A stretch of 64,000 nt of DNA from Myxococcota bacterium (GTDB taxonomy: Bacteria > Myxococcota_A > Polyangia > Nannocystales > Nannocystaceae): contig JBCCHT010000004.1 of NCBI GenBank assembly GCA_039028615.1, positions 64,001 to 128,000 on the forward strand, in the 5' to 3' direction. This document shows positions 11,516 to 21,560 of the stretch, piece by piece (the stretch's first letter is position 1; the number at the start of each line of letters is the position of its first letter). The notes below the pieces were generated by a model that was not told the origin of the DNA, ran no database searches, and was given only the letters and a program-made list of their open reading frames with translations. The translations under genes were made by a program, and so were the position numbers.

Positions 11516-12555
11516 ATGCGGCTGCACTCGATGTAGTCCGGCGCGCCGTCGCGCGGGGTGACTACTTTCGCGGCTCCGCGGCGCACCTCGGAGCGAAGGC
11601 CGGACACAAGGAGTGGATGCACTTCGCCGTGTATGCGCCGGGACTCGACCTGCTGGTCAACTACAGCGTGGTCGACGACGTCCGCTCCAACGCCAAGGAG
11701 GCACCCTCGCTCGCTCGGCTCGTGTACATCGCTCGCACCGATCGGTGGCAAGGCGAAGTCGAGCAGGTCTCTCGGGCCACGCTCGGGCTGGGCCGTATCG
11801 AAGCTCGATTCGACCAGAGCACGCTGACCTTCGATGGCCACGAGTATCACCTCGAGGTTCGCCCCCGGCGAGGGTGGCTCGAGGCTGACCTACGCCTCGA
11901 GCCGGTCACCGTCCCTTCGCTCATCCAAAACGTGGACGTCGGCGACGGGCCGCCCATCCACTGGCTCGTGGTTCCCCGCCTGCATGCCTCGGGCTGGGTT
12001 CGCGTGCACGACCGCAAGTTCGAGCTCGACCGAGCGCCCGCCTACCACGATCACAACTGGGGGTCGTTTCGGTGGGGTCGAGACTTCGCCTGGGAGTGGG
12101 GCTTCGGCTTGCCGCCCCGAGCCGACAACCCATGGTCCAGCGTCTTCGTGCGCCTCAGCGATCGGGGTCTCACGCATACTCTGATGCAGGGGTTGTTCCT
12201 GTGGAAAGGCGTACGCGAGCAGCGGGTCTTTCGGGGGCACGAGCTGCGCATCACTCGGGAAGGGCTGCTGCGGGCCGATCGGGTCTGCAAGCTCCCGGGC
12301 GCGATGGGGTTGCTGTCGCCGGGCACGGCGACCGATGTGCCACAGCGGCTGCGGCTGCGCGCCGAAGGCCGCGGTGACCGTGTCGATGCGGTCTTCACCT
12401 CCGCCGAGATTGCCCAGGTCATCATCCCCAACGATGACGACGACGGGGTGACCATCATCAACGAAGTGGCCGGGCGGTTCGAGCTCGAGGGGCGGGTCCG
12501 CGGCGAAGCGGTCGCCATCGAAGGTCCCGCCGTATTCGAGTTCTTGGGGCGGTGA
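11512..12555 (+). CDS. CrtC/AttH/tocopherol-cyclase-like double beta-barrel protein
   Basis: HKEWMHF, IHWLVVPRL..SGWVRV, YHDHNWG, WEWG motifs resemble AttH-like hydratases/cyclases. Confidence 0.6.
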   Translation: MNAAALDVVRRAVARGDYFRGSAAHLGAKAGHKEWMHFAVYAPGLDLLVNYSVVDDVRSNAKEAPSLARLVYIARTDRWQGEVEQVSRATLGLGRIEARFDQSTLTFDGHEYHLEVRPRRGWLEADLRLEPVTVPSLIQNVDVGDGPPIHWLVVPRLHASGWVRVHDRKFELDRAPAYHDHNWGSFRWGRDFAWEWGFGLPPRADNPWSSVFVRLSDRGLTHTLMQGLFLWKGVREQRVFRGHELRITREGLLRADRVCKLPGAMGLLSPGTATDVPQRLRLRAEGRGDRVDAVFTSAEIAQVIIPNDDDDGVTIINEVAGRFELEGRVRGEAVAIEGPAVFEFLGR

Positions 12556-12556
12556 G

Positions 12557-12970
12557 ATGAGCTTTCAGCGTCAGTTGGTTCAGTCGCTCGACGTGCTCGA
12601 ACGCGAAGCCCCCGACCATGCGGGCCGATGCCGTGCGGCGTTCGGTGACCGGACCGTCGCGATCCATGTGGATGACGAGCAGGTCACGGTGCGAGCCGAG
12701 GGTACGCGCTGGAGTATCGGGGTCGACGCGGTAGAGGATCCCGCGGTCGAAGCCAGGACCACGAGCGCCACGATCGTGGAGCTGCTCGACGGACGGTTCG
12801 CGCTCGAGGAGGCGATCTTGGATGGTTCGGTGGCGCTGCGCGGTGCGGTGACCGACCTGCTCGCGTTCCACCAGGCGCTCACCACCTACGTCAACGGAGC
12901 GGTGCGAGCCCCGTCGTTTCCAGGGCTCTTTCGGGCGTTTCGGAGAAGTGTGGAGGACGAGTCGACATGA
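12557..12970 (+). CDS. SCP2 (sterol carrier protein 2-like) lipid-binding domain protein
   Basis: TIVELLDGRFALEEAILDGSVALRGAVTDLLAF matches the SCP2 C-terminal pattern. Confidence 0.7.
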   Translation: MSFQRQLVQSLDVLEREAPDHAGRCRAAFGDRTVAIHVDDEQVTVRAEGTRWSIGVDAVEDPAVEARTTSATIVELLDGRFALEEAILDGSVALRGAVTDLLAFHQALTTYVNGAVRAPSFPGLFRAFRRSVEDEST

Positions 12971-15684
12971 GCAAGACAAAGCGGTCGAAGAAGGTCACGG
13001 TCTTCGGAGCGGGTATTTCCGGGCTCACCGTCGCTCACGAGCTGGTCGAGCGCGGGTTCGAGGTCGAGGTGTACGAGCCACGCATAGACCATCGGCCGAC
13101 CCGTGCGCTCCCCTATACAGGGTCGAAGCCCGATCCTCGTCCCGACATCGGGGGCATGGCCCGGACCCAGTGGTGCCGAGTGCCCTCGGGTCGATTCGAG
13201 CTGAACGATGGCAAGGTCACCCTCCGCGGCCCGGGAGCCATCCGCATGGAAGACTTCGCGGGCGAGGAATCAACATCGCGCATTGCGGCGATACTCGAGC
13301 GACCGGACTCGCAGCATGCCCTCCAAAAGGCGCTCCAGTGGTCGCTGACGCCTCCAGAGCGAGTGGCAGCCGAAGATCTGAAGTTGCGCGAGATAGACGA
13401 GTGGAACGACGACACACCTCTACCCGAGAACATCACCGAGAAGCTCGCTCCGATCGTCGAGTATCTCCGGCAGCATTTCGACACCATCGCAGATGAGATT
13501 CAATCTCCACTCGTCGAGATCGTCTACGTCACGGGAACCGCGGGCCAGACAGACGTCGAGCGCGACTCCGCATTCGAAGCGTGGAGCGACGCAGGCTGGG
13601 AAGCCGCGAGAGCCATGTACGCAATCTCGCTCATGCTCGACAGAGGAGATGCGCCATACACCGTCACGTGGGACAGCGAGTCTCTTTTCCCCGTCGCGTA
13701 TCTCGAGGGCCGGCCATTCGCCGTGTTCCTGCCGCGCGAGCTCGACCCCAACGAGGTCGACGAGCCTCGGCCCGACAGAACCACGATCGGAGTGAGCATC
13801 GACCACACTGTCGTTCCCGGCGAACACGGCTACCGCTTCTACCCGAACTTCTACGCGCACCTATTGGAGACCATGCGTCGCATTCCGATCTACCGGAGAC
13901 GGAAAGCGACGATGCAAGAGTACTTCAACAAGTGGCACGACCCAAATCTGCCCGACGCGATTCCGAGGGCGCAGACCCTCGAAGAGACGGGGCGCACGGT
14001 CGCGGACAACCTGGTCTCCGTCGGGCTCACGGGAATTGCCGCGCGTGATGGCAAAAAGCCGATCGCACTCAAACGGGTCAAATCGAGTTCGTTCCGTGAC
14101 TTGTTCACGGTGCTCGATGCCCTCCAGGGCTCCATGGGACTGACGATGCGAGACATCGTGCTCATGCAGCTGGCGATGATGCGCTACATGCTGAGTGGGC
14201 CACGACGCCGCACACTGCTCGAAGACAAGACGTGGGCGGGATACCTCGGCATCCCAGCGCTCGAAGACAAAGAGACCCCGAGCAAGTTCTCCAAGGCGTT
14301 CCGCAAGGCGATGCGGTATTGGCCGCGCGCACTCATCGGCCTCGATGCCTACGAAATCGACGCTCGCACCTTCGGCAGCATCACCACCCAGATGCTGCTG
14401 GACCAGCTTCGCTCCGAGTTCGAGGGTATCGACCGTACGCTCAATGGCCCCACGACCGAGGGATTTCTCGATCCGTGGCGAGAGTACCTCGAAGTCCAAG
14501 GGGTCCAATTCAAGGTCGGCGGCTGTGAGTCGCTCGAGTTCGACGACGACGGAGAACTCGTGTTCAAGATGACGAAAGACCAGGACGGCGAAGGTGACAG
14601 CCGCGACGGCTATGTCGTGCTCGCAGTCCCCCCTCAGGCCGCGCAACGAGCGGCCAGCCACCTGCTATCGACGAGGGGCGACACCGACACCGAGCTCAAC
14701 CCAACGCTCGAGGCCGTGGCAGGACTCCTGCTTCCCGACGCGCCCGAGCAACATCGCCAACAACAACCGCTGGGCCCCGACGAAGAGGGTTCCCCCCTGC
14801 GGCACTTCAGCGGGATCCAGTACTACCTGGCGCAGGAGTACAGCATGATTCGCGGGCACACCTACCTCGCCGAGTCGGAGTGGGGCCTGTCGCTCATCTC
14901 CCAGCGCCAGTTCTGGCGGCGTCGCTTCCGAAGCAACGAGCCCATCCGGGGCATCTTGTCGGTGGTCATCGGTGACTGGAAAACGCCGGCCGCCAGCGGA
15001 CCCGCAGCAGGCAAGTCGGCGTGGCAATGCACGGCTCAGGAAATCGCGGAGCAGATCTGGCACCAGCTCAAGCTCGGCTACCCCAAGTCCTTCGACGGTC
15101 CCCGACAGCCACCACCACCCATCGCGTGGCACCTGGACGACGAGATCCACCTCGACGACGACGACAAGCCGATCCGCAACGAGTCGCCGTTCCTGGTCAA
15201 CCTCGAGGGCCACTACGCAGCATGGCCGGGAACTCCAGAGGCCTACGAGGTCGTGTCCGATCGCCTCGTGTTCTGCGGAACCTACATGAAGACCTTCACC
15301 CGTCTGAACACGATGGAGGCCGCCTGCGAATCCGGCCGCCATGCAAGCGCGGCGATCATCGACCACTACGAGGGAGGCTCGGCCGGCACCACCGAGGGCT
15401 CGAAGCCCTTCGTGCGCAACCCGGAAGACCACGAGCTACCCAACGTCGACCTGCTCAAGGACCTCGACGACGAGCTGTGCGCGCGGGGCTTGCCCCATAT
15501 GCTCGACATCCTCCAGGTGGACGCCGCCATCGAGTCGCTGTTCGAGTCGCAGTCGGTCGCCCAGGGAGACGCGAAGCCCTCCACGCTGCTCACCGCGGTG
15601 CTGGCCTCGCTCGCGAGTTCCTCTGGGCTCGGCACCACGGGTCTCCAGGCCATGCTCGACCTGCTCAAGACGCGCCTCAACTGA
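12967..15684 (+). CDS. Large FAD/NAD(P)-dependent oxidoreductase, paralog 2
   Basis: KVTVFGAGISGLTVAHELVERGFEVEVYE, GGMARTQW, PGEHGYRFYP, SPLRHFSGIQYYL, TRLNTMEAACESGRHA; long blocks shared with 4749..7484. Confidence 0.88.
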   Translation: MSKTKRSKKVTVFGAGISGLTVAHELVERGFEVEVYEPRIDHRPTRALPYTGSKPDPRPDIGGMARTQWCRVPSGRFELNDGKVTLRGPGAIRMEDFAGEESTSRIAAILERPDSQHALQKALQWSLTPPERVAAEDLKLREIDEWNDDTPLPENITEKLAPIVEYLRQHFDTIADEIQSPLVEIVYVTGTAGQTDVERDSAFEAWSDAGWEAARAMYAISLMLDRGDAPYTVTWDSESLFPVAYLEGRPFAVFLPRELDPNEVDEPRPDRTTIGVSIDHTVVPGEHGYRFYPNFYAHLLETMRRIPIYRRRKATMQEYFNKWHDPNLPDAIPRAQTLEETGRTVADNLVSVGLTGIAARDGKKPIALKRVKSSSFRDLFTVLDALQGSMGLTMRDIVLMQLAMMRYMLSGPRRRTLLEDKTWAGYLGIPALEDKETPSKFSKAFRKAMRYWPRALIGLDAYEIDARTFGSITTQMLLDQLRSEFEGIDRTLNGPTTEGFLDPWREYLEVQGVQFKVGGCESLEFDDDGELVFKMTKDQDGEGDSRDGYVVLAVPPQAAQRAASHLLSTRGDTDTELNPTLEAVAGLLLPDAPEQHRQQQPLGPDEEGSPLRHFSGIQYYLAQEYSMIRGHTYLAESEWGLSLISQRQFWRRRFRSNEPIRGILSVVIGDWKTPAASGPAAGKSAWQCTAQEIAEQIWHQLKLGYPKSFDGPRQPPPPIAWHLDDEIHLDDDDKPIRNESPFLVNLEGHYAAWPGTPEAYEVVSDRLVFCGTYMKTFTRLNTMEAACESGRHASAAIIDHYEGGSAGTTEGSKPFVRNPEDHELPNVDLLKDLDDELCARGLPHMLDILQVDAAIESLFESQSVAQGDAKPSTLLTAVLASLASSSGLGTTGLQAMLDLLKTRLN

Positions 15685-18600
15685 CGCCGAAGCCCGGCAC
15701 CAGCAACGCCGCCATGCGGCCGGTCGAGCGCACACCGTGCTCTTCCAGCCATTGCCCCGCGGTCTCGCTATCACCGTCATCACCGCGCAACCGCCCTCGT
15801 TGCCACCGACACGCCTCGCGTATCGCCGCCATCCCGGCCTCGTCCAGCAGCTCCATCGCTTCGCCGAGCAGCGTCGACGCTCGTTCCTCGTCGCCAACCC
15901 GTGCCGCCATCCCGGCCCGCAACGTCGCCGCGAGGCCCCGCCCCGGACCGATGCTCGCCCGCTCGACACGGTTCGCCATTCGTTCGACCTCACGACCCAT
16001 GCTGCGATCGAAGCCTTGCCGAGCCAGCACGACGCGGGCCCTCAGGTGCCAAAGCAAGGTCCCGGCCGTCTCGTGGACGAGGAACTGCCCGTCCTTCATC
16101 ACCTGCCACTGCGTGTCGACCTGACGCCATGCCTCTTCGACGTCACCGCGATACAGAGCGATCTGCACCGAAGAGTTGAAGTGATGGTAGCGATGCAGGT
16201 GATACGGCGCGTTGGGCCAGCTTCCCTCCGCGGCCGCGCTCGCGTCTCGAGCTTCGTCCTCGCCGCCCTGCGCCAGCCGGTACAGCGTCGTATCGCCGAG
16301 TCGGTAGAAGTTCGCCGCAAACAGGTCACCGCGGCGCAGGGCATCCTCGAGCGCCTCGGGGACCAGCTCGGCGAGCCGAGCAAACTCGCCGCAGTAGGCC
16401 ATGGCGGTGAAAGCATGCACGCGGCCGATCGCGATCTCCCAGAACTTCCCGGGCACACCGTCGAGCAGTGCGTCGACGCAGCGGAGGTTGTTGTCGATCG
16501 ATGCCCGCCAACGACCACGGTTCCAGTCGCACACGCCCTGATAGCCATGGGCCATCGCGCGGGGGAAGGGGTCGTCGATGGACGCCACGCGATCGTGCAT
16601 CGCCTCCATCAACGCGTCGGACCGCCGCGTGAAGAACTTCCCGCCCAGGGCCGACTCGAAGGTCGCCTCGTTCCCGAGCGCCCGCGCGACCTGCCAGCCA
16701 TCTCCTTCTCGCAGCGCTCCGTACAAGAAGCGCCCGCCGAGGGCATGCGCCACGGTGAAATCGGTCATCGCGAGGCAGTGAGAGGCTCGCCACAAGATCT
16801 CGAGCCGCGGGGGTGCGGGTTGCTGGGCAGCGGGGAGCTTCTTCTGAAAGAAGCGGCCGCCGCGTAGCAGGAACCAGACTCTCCAGACCATGCCGACGAT
16901 CAACGCCCAGCGCGGAGACATCGAGGCCTTCGCCCCCACTCGCTGAAGCGCTCCGTCGAGCAACGGCGCCCCTTCGTCCGCCCGCCCGCTTCGCACCAAG
17001 TGCTCCGCCGCACTGAGCAGCAGGTCCTCCCGCCGCGCGGGGGTGGACGCACGTCGAGCGGCCTGCTGAAAGGCATCAGCCGCGCGCTCGCCTCGGCCCG
17101 CGTCGACCCACGCCCTCGCCTTCGAGTCCCATAGCTGTACGACATCGTCAGCGTCGGGCTCCAGCTCGATGGCACGACCGTAGAACTCCGCCGCCGTCTC
17201 GAACGCCAAGCTCCTATCGGCTCGGGAAGCCGCCGCCAATGCCCAACGCCGGGCCTCCGGACGTCGCTGCGCCTGGTCGTAGTGGTGAAACACGACCGCG
17301 GGCTCGACCGTCTCCGCGTCGTGTTCGTACGCCGCCGCCAACCCACCGTGGATGTCGCGCCGGGTCCCGTCGTCGATCGCCTGCACGACGGCATCGCCGA
17401 TGCGCGGGTGAGCCATCGCCACCTGCGAGGCGGTGCCTGGCCCTCGCCGCACCAGGCCGTAGCGCTCGAGCGCATGGACCCACGCCTCGGAGGAGCCTTT
17501 GCCGAGCGCGCGCTCGAGCACCGCCGTTTCGACGGGACGCTGCGCCACCGCGACCACCCCCACCATGTCGCGCTCGACCGGCTCGAGGTGGGCGATCCGC
17601 CCTTGCACCAGCTCCTGCATGGCCGCGAGCCGATCCGACGGGCTTCGCAGCACCCGTTGGTAGGCACCATGTCGCGCCAGCGCGCTCGCCAACAAGGGGG
17701 AGCCCGCCGCTTGTTCGACGATGCGAGCCACCGTATCGGGCTCCACCTCCGCCCCGAGGATGTCCTTTGCGATGGCAGCAATGGCGTCATCGGACAAGGG
17801 CTCGAGCTCGAGGGTCACCTGCTCCACGCTCGAGTCGGCGGGCAATGTCAGCTCGACGAGCGGCTCGTCGCTCCGCTGCACGACCCACAGCTCGAGGCCG
17901 GTGGCGTGACCCGACAAGGCGGTCAGCAGCGTACGGCTGGAGGCATCGGCCCACTGCGCCTCGTCGACCACCATCACCACCCGCCGCTCGCGACACGACT
18001 CCGCGAACAGCTCGGCGAGCGCCTCGGTCGCCCGGCGCCCCGCCTCCACCGGGTCTGGTAACGAAGGCGGCGGGGACTCGCTCAGCGCAGGAAAGAGCCG
18101 ACTCGCCTCGACCATGGCCGCGGTGGGCTTCGATGGATCCAACATCGCGGCCAGCCGATCCATGGCGCGATCCATCGCGTTGTGGGGCACCCGCTCGGCG
18201 GGACTGCACTGCCCCTCGAGGACCCAGGCTCCGTCCTCGGCCAGCCTTCGACCCGCCTGCCGCACGAGCTCCGACTTCCCCGTGCCGGGCGGGCCCTGCA
18301 CCAGGACCAAGCGGCCGGCCGCGGGTGCGGACGCGAGCAGAAGCTCGAGTTCATCGGTCCGCCCCACGAACCCGATTTCGCTCCGACCCGCGACATCGGG
18401 AGGCGGGGCCGCACTCGTCAGCCGACGTGCGTCAGCGAGACACCGCAGGACCTCCTCGTGCCCAGGGCGCGCGTTGGGATCGGGCTGGAGCATTCGATCG
18501 ACGAGCGTCCGCAGCCATGGCGCACACTCGACGTCGGCGGGAATCGTGGGCGTGGCCGACCCCCGGGCGGTCAGCCCCGCCGCGCCTTCTTCGAAGGGCA

Positions 18601-19192
18601 GCTCGCCGCACAAGGCCTGGTACAGACACAGGCCGGCGCTGTACCAGTCCGACCGCGGCTGGGACTTGCCCCACATCACCTCGGGCGCCATGTAATCGAT
18701 GGTTCCCGCCAGCTCGGCGTCCTGGCGCCCCCGTGTCTTGCGAGCGAGATCGAAGTCCACCAACACCACCCGGTCTTCGTGGGTGACCAGTGCGTTCGCC
18801 GGCTTCACGTCGCGATGCTGCAGCCCCACGGAGTGAACGGCAGCGATGGCTTCCAGCAGCTGAGCCCCCAACCGCTCGACCCGTGCCGCCTGCCCTTCAC
18901 AGGCATCGACGAACGATCGCCCCTCGATGAGCTCCATGGTGAAGGCACAGTGCCCGTCGTCGACGAACAGCTCGAACACCTGCACGACATGGGGATGGCC
19001 GAGGTCCCGAAGCAGCCGGAACTCCTCTTTGAGGCGAGCCCGCTGCTCGGCCGACGACGCGAACAAGGCCTTGAGCGCGACGACACGCTCGCTGGACCGC
19101 TCCGCCACCCGATGCACGACCCCCGTCGCTCCGCGGCCGAGCTCCCCACGGACTTCGTAGCGAGACAGGAGGGGGCCGAGTTCTTCAGGCAT
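15677..19192 (-). CDS. Ser/Thr protein kinase fused to an AAA-type ATPase and helical repeats
   Basis: LGRGATGVV, VALK, HRDVKPAN, VDFD, YMAPE; FVGRTDEL, Walker A GPPGTGKS, VVDEAQWAD; start ATG 19192 overlaps the upstream stop. Confidence 0.9.
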   Translation of the reverse strand: MPEELGPLLSRYEVRGELGRGATGVVHRVAERSSERVVALKALFASSAEQRARLKEEFRLLRDLGHPHVVQVFELFVDDGHCAFTMELIEGRSFVDACEGQAARVERLGAQLLEAIAAVHSVGLQHRDVKPANALVTHEDRVVLVDFDLARKTRGRQDAELAGTIDYMAPEVMWGKSQPRSDWYSAGLCLYQALCGELPFEEGAAGLTARGSATPTIPADVECAPWLRTLVDRMLQPDPNARPGHEEVLRCLADARRLTSAAPPPDVAGRSEIGFVGRTDELELLLASAPAAGRLVLVQGPPGTGKSELVRQAGRRLAEDGAWVLEGQCSPAERVPHNAMDRAMDRLAAMLDPSKPTAAMVEASRLFPALSESPPPSLPDPVEAGRRATEALAELFAESCRERRVVMVVDEAQWADASSRTLLTALSGHATGLELWVVQRSDEPLVELTLPADSSVEQVTLELEPLSDDAIAAIAKDILGAEVEPDTVARIVEQAAGSPLLASALARHGAYQRVLRSPSDRLAAMQELVQGRIAHLEPVERDMVGVVAVAQRPVETAVLERALGKGSSEAWVHALERYGLVRRGPGTASQVAMAHPRIGDAVVQAIDDGTRRDIHGGLAAAYEHDAETVEPAVVFHHYDQAQRRPEARRWALAAASRADRSLAFETAAEFYGRAIELEPDADDVVQLWDSKARAWVDAGRGERAADAFQQAARRASTPARREDLLLSAAEHLVRSGRADEGAPLLDGALQRVGAKASMSPRWALIVGMVWRVWFLLRGGRFFQKKLPAAQQPAPPRLEILWRASHCLAMTDFTVAHALGGRFLYGALREGDGWQVARALGNEATFESALGGKFFTRRSDALMEAMHDRVASIDDPFPRAMAHGYQGVCDWNRGRWRASIDNNLRCVDALLDGVPGKFWEIAIGRVHAFTAMAYCGEFARLAELVPEALEDALRRGDLFAANFYRLGDTTLYRLAQGGEDEARDASAAAEGSWPNAPYHLHRYHHFNSSVQIALYRGDVEEAWRQVDTQWQVMKDGQFLVHETAGTLLWHLRARVVLARQGFDRSMGREVERMANRVERASIGPGRGLAATLRAGMAARVGDEERASTLLGEAMELLDEAGMAAIREACRWQRGRLRGDDGDSETAGQWLEEHGVRSTGRMAALLVPGFGVS

Positions 19193-20334
19193 CACGGGGC
19201 GGGGACCCGGTAGCGCAGGATCTGGCTCATCTGCGCGTCGCTGAACATCGACATCAGCGGACCGACCATGCGATCGCGGAGCCGTGAGCCCAACGTCGTC
19301 CCTGGCCCAGCCGCGGCCTTCGCCACCGCGCGCGACAGCTCGGTGATGACGGCCACCCGCACTCGTCGCGCGTTCTCCCAGGCGCAGAGGTCGGTGGCCC
19401 CGCCCTTGCCTACGTGATGGGCGAGCGAGACCGCGTCCTCGATGCCCATGCACGCCCCTTGGCCGAGGTCGGGGGTCATGACATGGGCCGCATCGCCGAT
19501 CAACGCCACGCGCCCCGCCGTCCATCGCTCGCGCACGGGTCGATCCTCGATCGGCATCCAGCCCACATGCTCGTCGATGCCCGCGAGGATCGACGAGATG
19601 GGGGGAGGCGCACCCGCGAAGGCACGCTGCACCGCCGTCTTCACCTCGCAGCTCTCCAATGTCGCGTGGGTCTGTTTGCCGATGGCGACCGCCCAGTAGA
19701 CTCGATCGCCTCCGAGCGGGGAGATCCAGACGCGGCGGTCGTGCCCCAACGTGATCGTCGAGCACCCGATCGACTGCGGCGAGATTCCGACGCCCGGACA
19801 GTTTGCGTAGCCGAAGGCCCAGTACTGCCCGATCGAGCGGGAGCAGCCGCTGCCGTGCATCAGCTGCCGAACCGAAGAAGCACGCCCATCGGCGCCCACC
19901 AGCAAATCGACCCGCGTCGTGTCACCATCCTCGAACGCCAGCTCGACCCCGTCGTCCGCCTGGCAAAAGCGCCACAGGACCTTCTCCGTGGGTTCCGAAT
20001 CACCCCGAATCACCTCGAGCAACCGCGTGCGATCGACCAGGACCGAAGGCGCGCCATGGGTCGCCCCGAGCCGAGCCACGGGCATCGTCCACAGCGGCTC
20101 ACCTTCCCAGGACCGGAACTCCATCGCGTGCTGAACCGTACCCGCGGCGATGGTGGGCGCGGCCAGGCCCAGGGTCCCCAGCGCGTTGCAGGCGTTCGTC
20201 CATAGATAGAGCGCGCCCGGGGCAGGCGAAGCGGAGCGATCGAACCATCGCACCTCGGCCCCGACCGCCGTAAACGCTCGCGCAGCCAACGACCCCGCAA
20301 TGCCTCCACCGATGATCCCGACCGTGACCGCCAC
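19192..20334 (-). CDS. FAD-dependent monooxygenase
   Basis: VGIIGGGIAG, LLVGADG, LIGDAAHVMTPDLGQGACMGIEDA; start uncertain (20334 or 20379). Confidence 0.88.
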   Translation of the reverse strand: MAVTVGIIGGGIAGSLAARAFTAVGAEVRWFDRSASPAPGALYLWTNACNALGTLGLAAPTIAAGTVQHAMEFRSWEGEPLWTMPVARLGATHGAPSVLVDRTRLLEVIRGDSEPTEKVLWRFCQADDGVELAFEDGDTTRVDLLVGADGRASSVRQLMHGSGCSRSIGQYWAFGYANCPGVGISPQSIGCSTITLGHDRRVWISPLGGDRVYWAVAIGKQTHATLESCEVKTAVQRAFAGAPPPISSILAGIDEHVGWMPIEDRPVRERWTAGRVALIGDAAHVMTPDLGQGACMGIEDAVSLAHHVGKGGATDLCAWENARRVRVAVITELSRAVAKAAAGPGTTLGSRLRDRMVGPLMSMFSDAQMSQILRYRVPAP

Positions 20335-20368
20335 TCGACTCAGGACCCGATGGTACCGTAGCCGGACC

Positions 20369-21295
20369 TTGGCCATCACCCAGAGTCGCGACTGCGGAAC
20401 GGAGTTGCCCGCGGCAACGTTGCCCGAGCTTCGTCATCGCATGGTTCGTGGTCACCGGATCTGGCTGCACGCGGTCGAGGCCGGTGATCCAGCCGGACCT
20501 CGCGTCCTGCTTCTCCACGGGTTCCCCGACGGCTGGCGCATTTGGCGCTACGTGCTCGCGCCCCTGGCTGAAGCGGGATGCTCGGTCACCGCGTTGGACC
20601 TGCGGGGCTACGGGCTCTCGGACAAGCCCACGCACTCCCACGACTATCGACTCGACGCTCTGGTTGCTGACGTGCGGGCCGTCGTCGGTGACCAACCCGT
20701 GCACTTGGTCGGCCACGACTGGGGTGCACAGCTGGCGTGGCATACCGCGATGCGAAGCCCGGCGCTCATTCGTAGCCTCACCGTGTTGTCGCTCCCGCAT
20801 CCCGCGAAGATTCCGGCGATGGCTTCGTCGGGTCGACAGCTTCTTCGCAGTTGGTACGCCGGAGCGTTGACTGCGATCTCGCGAAGTGGAACGTCGCTGC
20901 CCCCCGCGGCGACGCGCATGCTCGTGTCGACCATCGATCGCAACCTTCAGCGAGGTCGCCTCTCCGCGTCAGACTTCGATCGGCACGTCGCCGAACTCAG
21001 TCGGCCGGGGGTGCTCCCCGGCATCCTCCACTACTACCGGGAGATGGTGGAGCGCGATCCGTTGCGGTATCGAGACGACTTGGCCCGCATCGAGGTGCCG
21101 ACGCGTGTGATCTGGGGCGAGCGCGATCCGTTCCTCGGCTCGTGCTTCGCCGCGCCCGATCCCGCCTGGGTTCCGAACCAGCCCGGCGGTGTGCGGCGCT
21201 TGAACGACGCGGGGCACTGGCCGCAGCTCGATGAGCCCGACGCCGTGGTCGAGGTCTTGCTCGAATCGGTACGGGCCGATCGAGCGGCCCACTGA
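20369..21295 (+). CDS. Alpha/beta hydrolase, epoxide hydrolase-like
   Basis: LLLHGFPD, DLRGYGLSDKP, VGHDWG (Asp nucleophile), LHYYR, WGERD, AGHWPQ; start uncertain (20369-20441). Confidence 0.85.
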   Translation: MAITQSRDCGTELPAATLPELRHRMVRGHRIWLHAVEAGDPAGPRVLLLHGFPDGWRIWRYVLAPLAEAGCSVTALDLRGYGLSDKPTHSHDYRLDALVADVRAVVGDQPVHLVGHDWGAQLAWHTAMRSPALIRSLTVLSLPHPAKIPAMASSGRQLLRSWYAGALTAISRSGTSLPPAATRMLVSTIDRNLQRGRLSASDFDRHVAELSRPGVLPGILHYYREMVERDPLRYRDDLARIEVPTRVIWGERDPFLGSCFAAPDPAWVPNQPGGVRRLNDAGHWPQLDEPDAVVEVLLESVRADRAAH

Positions 21296-21434
21296 TCCCG
21301 AGACCTCGCGCCCTCATGGGCCGCGTGTCCGCCCTTCCGGACGACGGGCGTCTCCCCCCCTCCGAGTCCACGCATAGGCCGACTCGCGGGCGGCTGGCGA
21401 ACACCGATTCCGCACGGGTGGCCCACCGCGTGCA

Positions 21435-21493
21435 TTCGCTGTCCGGGATCCCGGACAGGCGAACGACTCACCGCCTGAATCCCGGACAGCGAA
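21435..21493. promoter_or_regulatory. Palindrome and inverted repeats, candidate enhancer (bEBP binding sites)
   Basis: 20-bp perfect palindrome CTGTCCGGGATCCCGGACAG (21439-21458); TTCGCTGTCCGGGAT (21435-21449) is also exactly inverted at 21479-21493. Confidence 0.55.
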
Positions 21494-21529
21494 CGCGCTG
21501 ATTCGGGGGTCTAGCGCTGCGTTTGCGGA

Positions 21530-21545
21530 CGGTACGTCGCTTGCA
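21530..21545 (+). promoter_or_regulatory. Sigma-54 (-24/-12) promoter candidate
   Basis: CGGTACG-TCGC-TTGCA versus consensus TGGCACG-N4-TTGCW, just upstream of the protease gene. Confidence 0.6.
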
Positions 21546-21560
21546 CAGAGCCGACGTGGC

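Noticed and set aside
9077..15684. Standard crtEBI carotenoid operon
   Set aside because: No phytoene synthase in the window, and the flavoproteins are much larger than CrtI with different motifs, so no crt gene symbols were assigned.
19193..19765. Long N-terminal extensions in the ORF track (also 53816..54796, 30174..30536, 7485..7586, 49385..49624)
   Set aside because: They overlap upstream genes and are Arg/Gly/Pro-rich off-frame translations; starts were moved to the domain boundaries.
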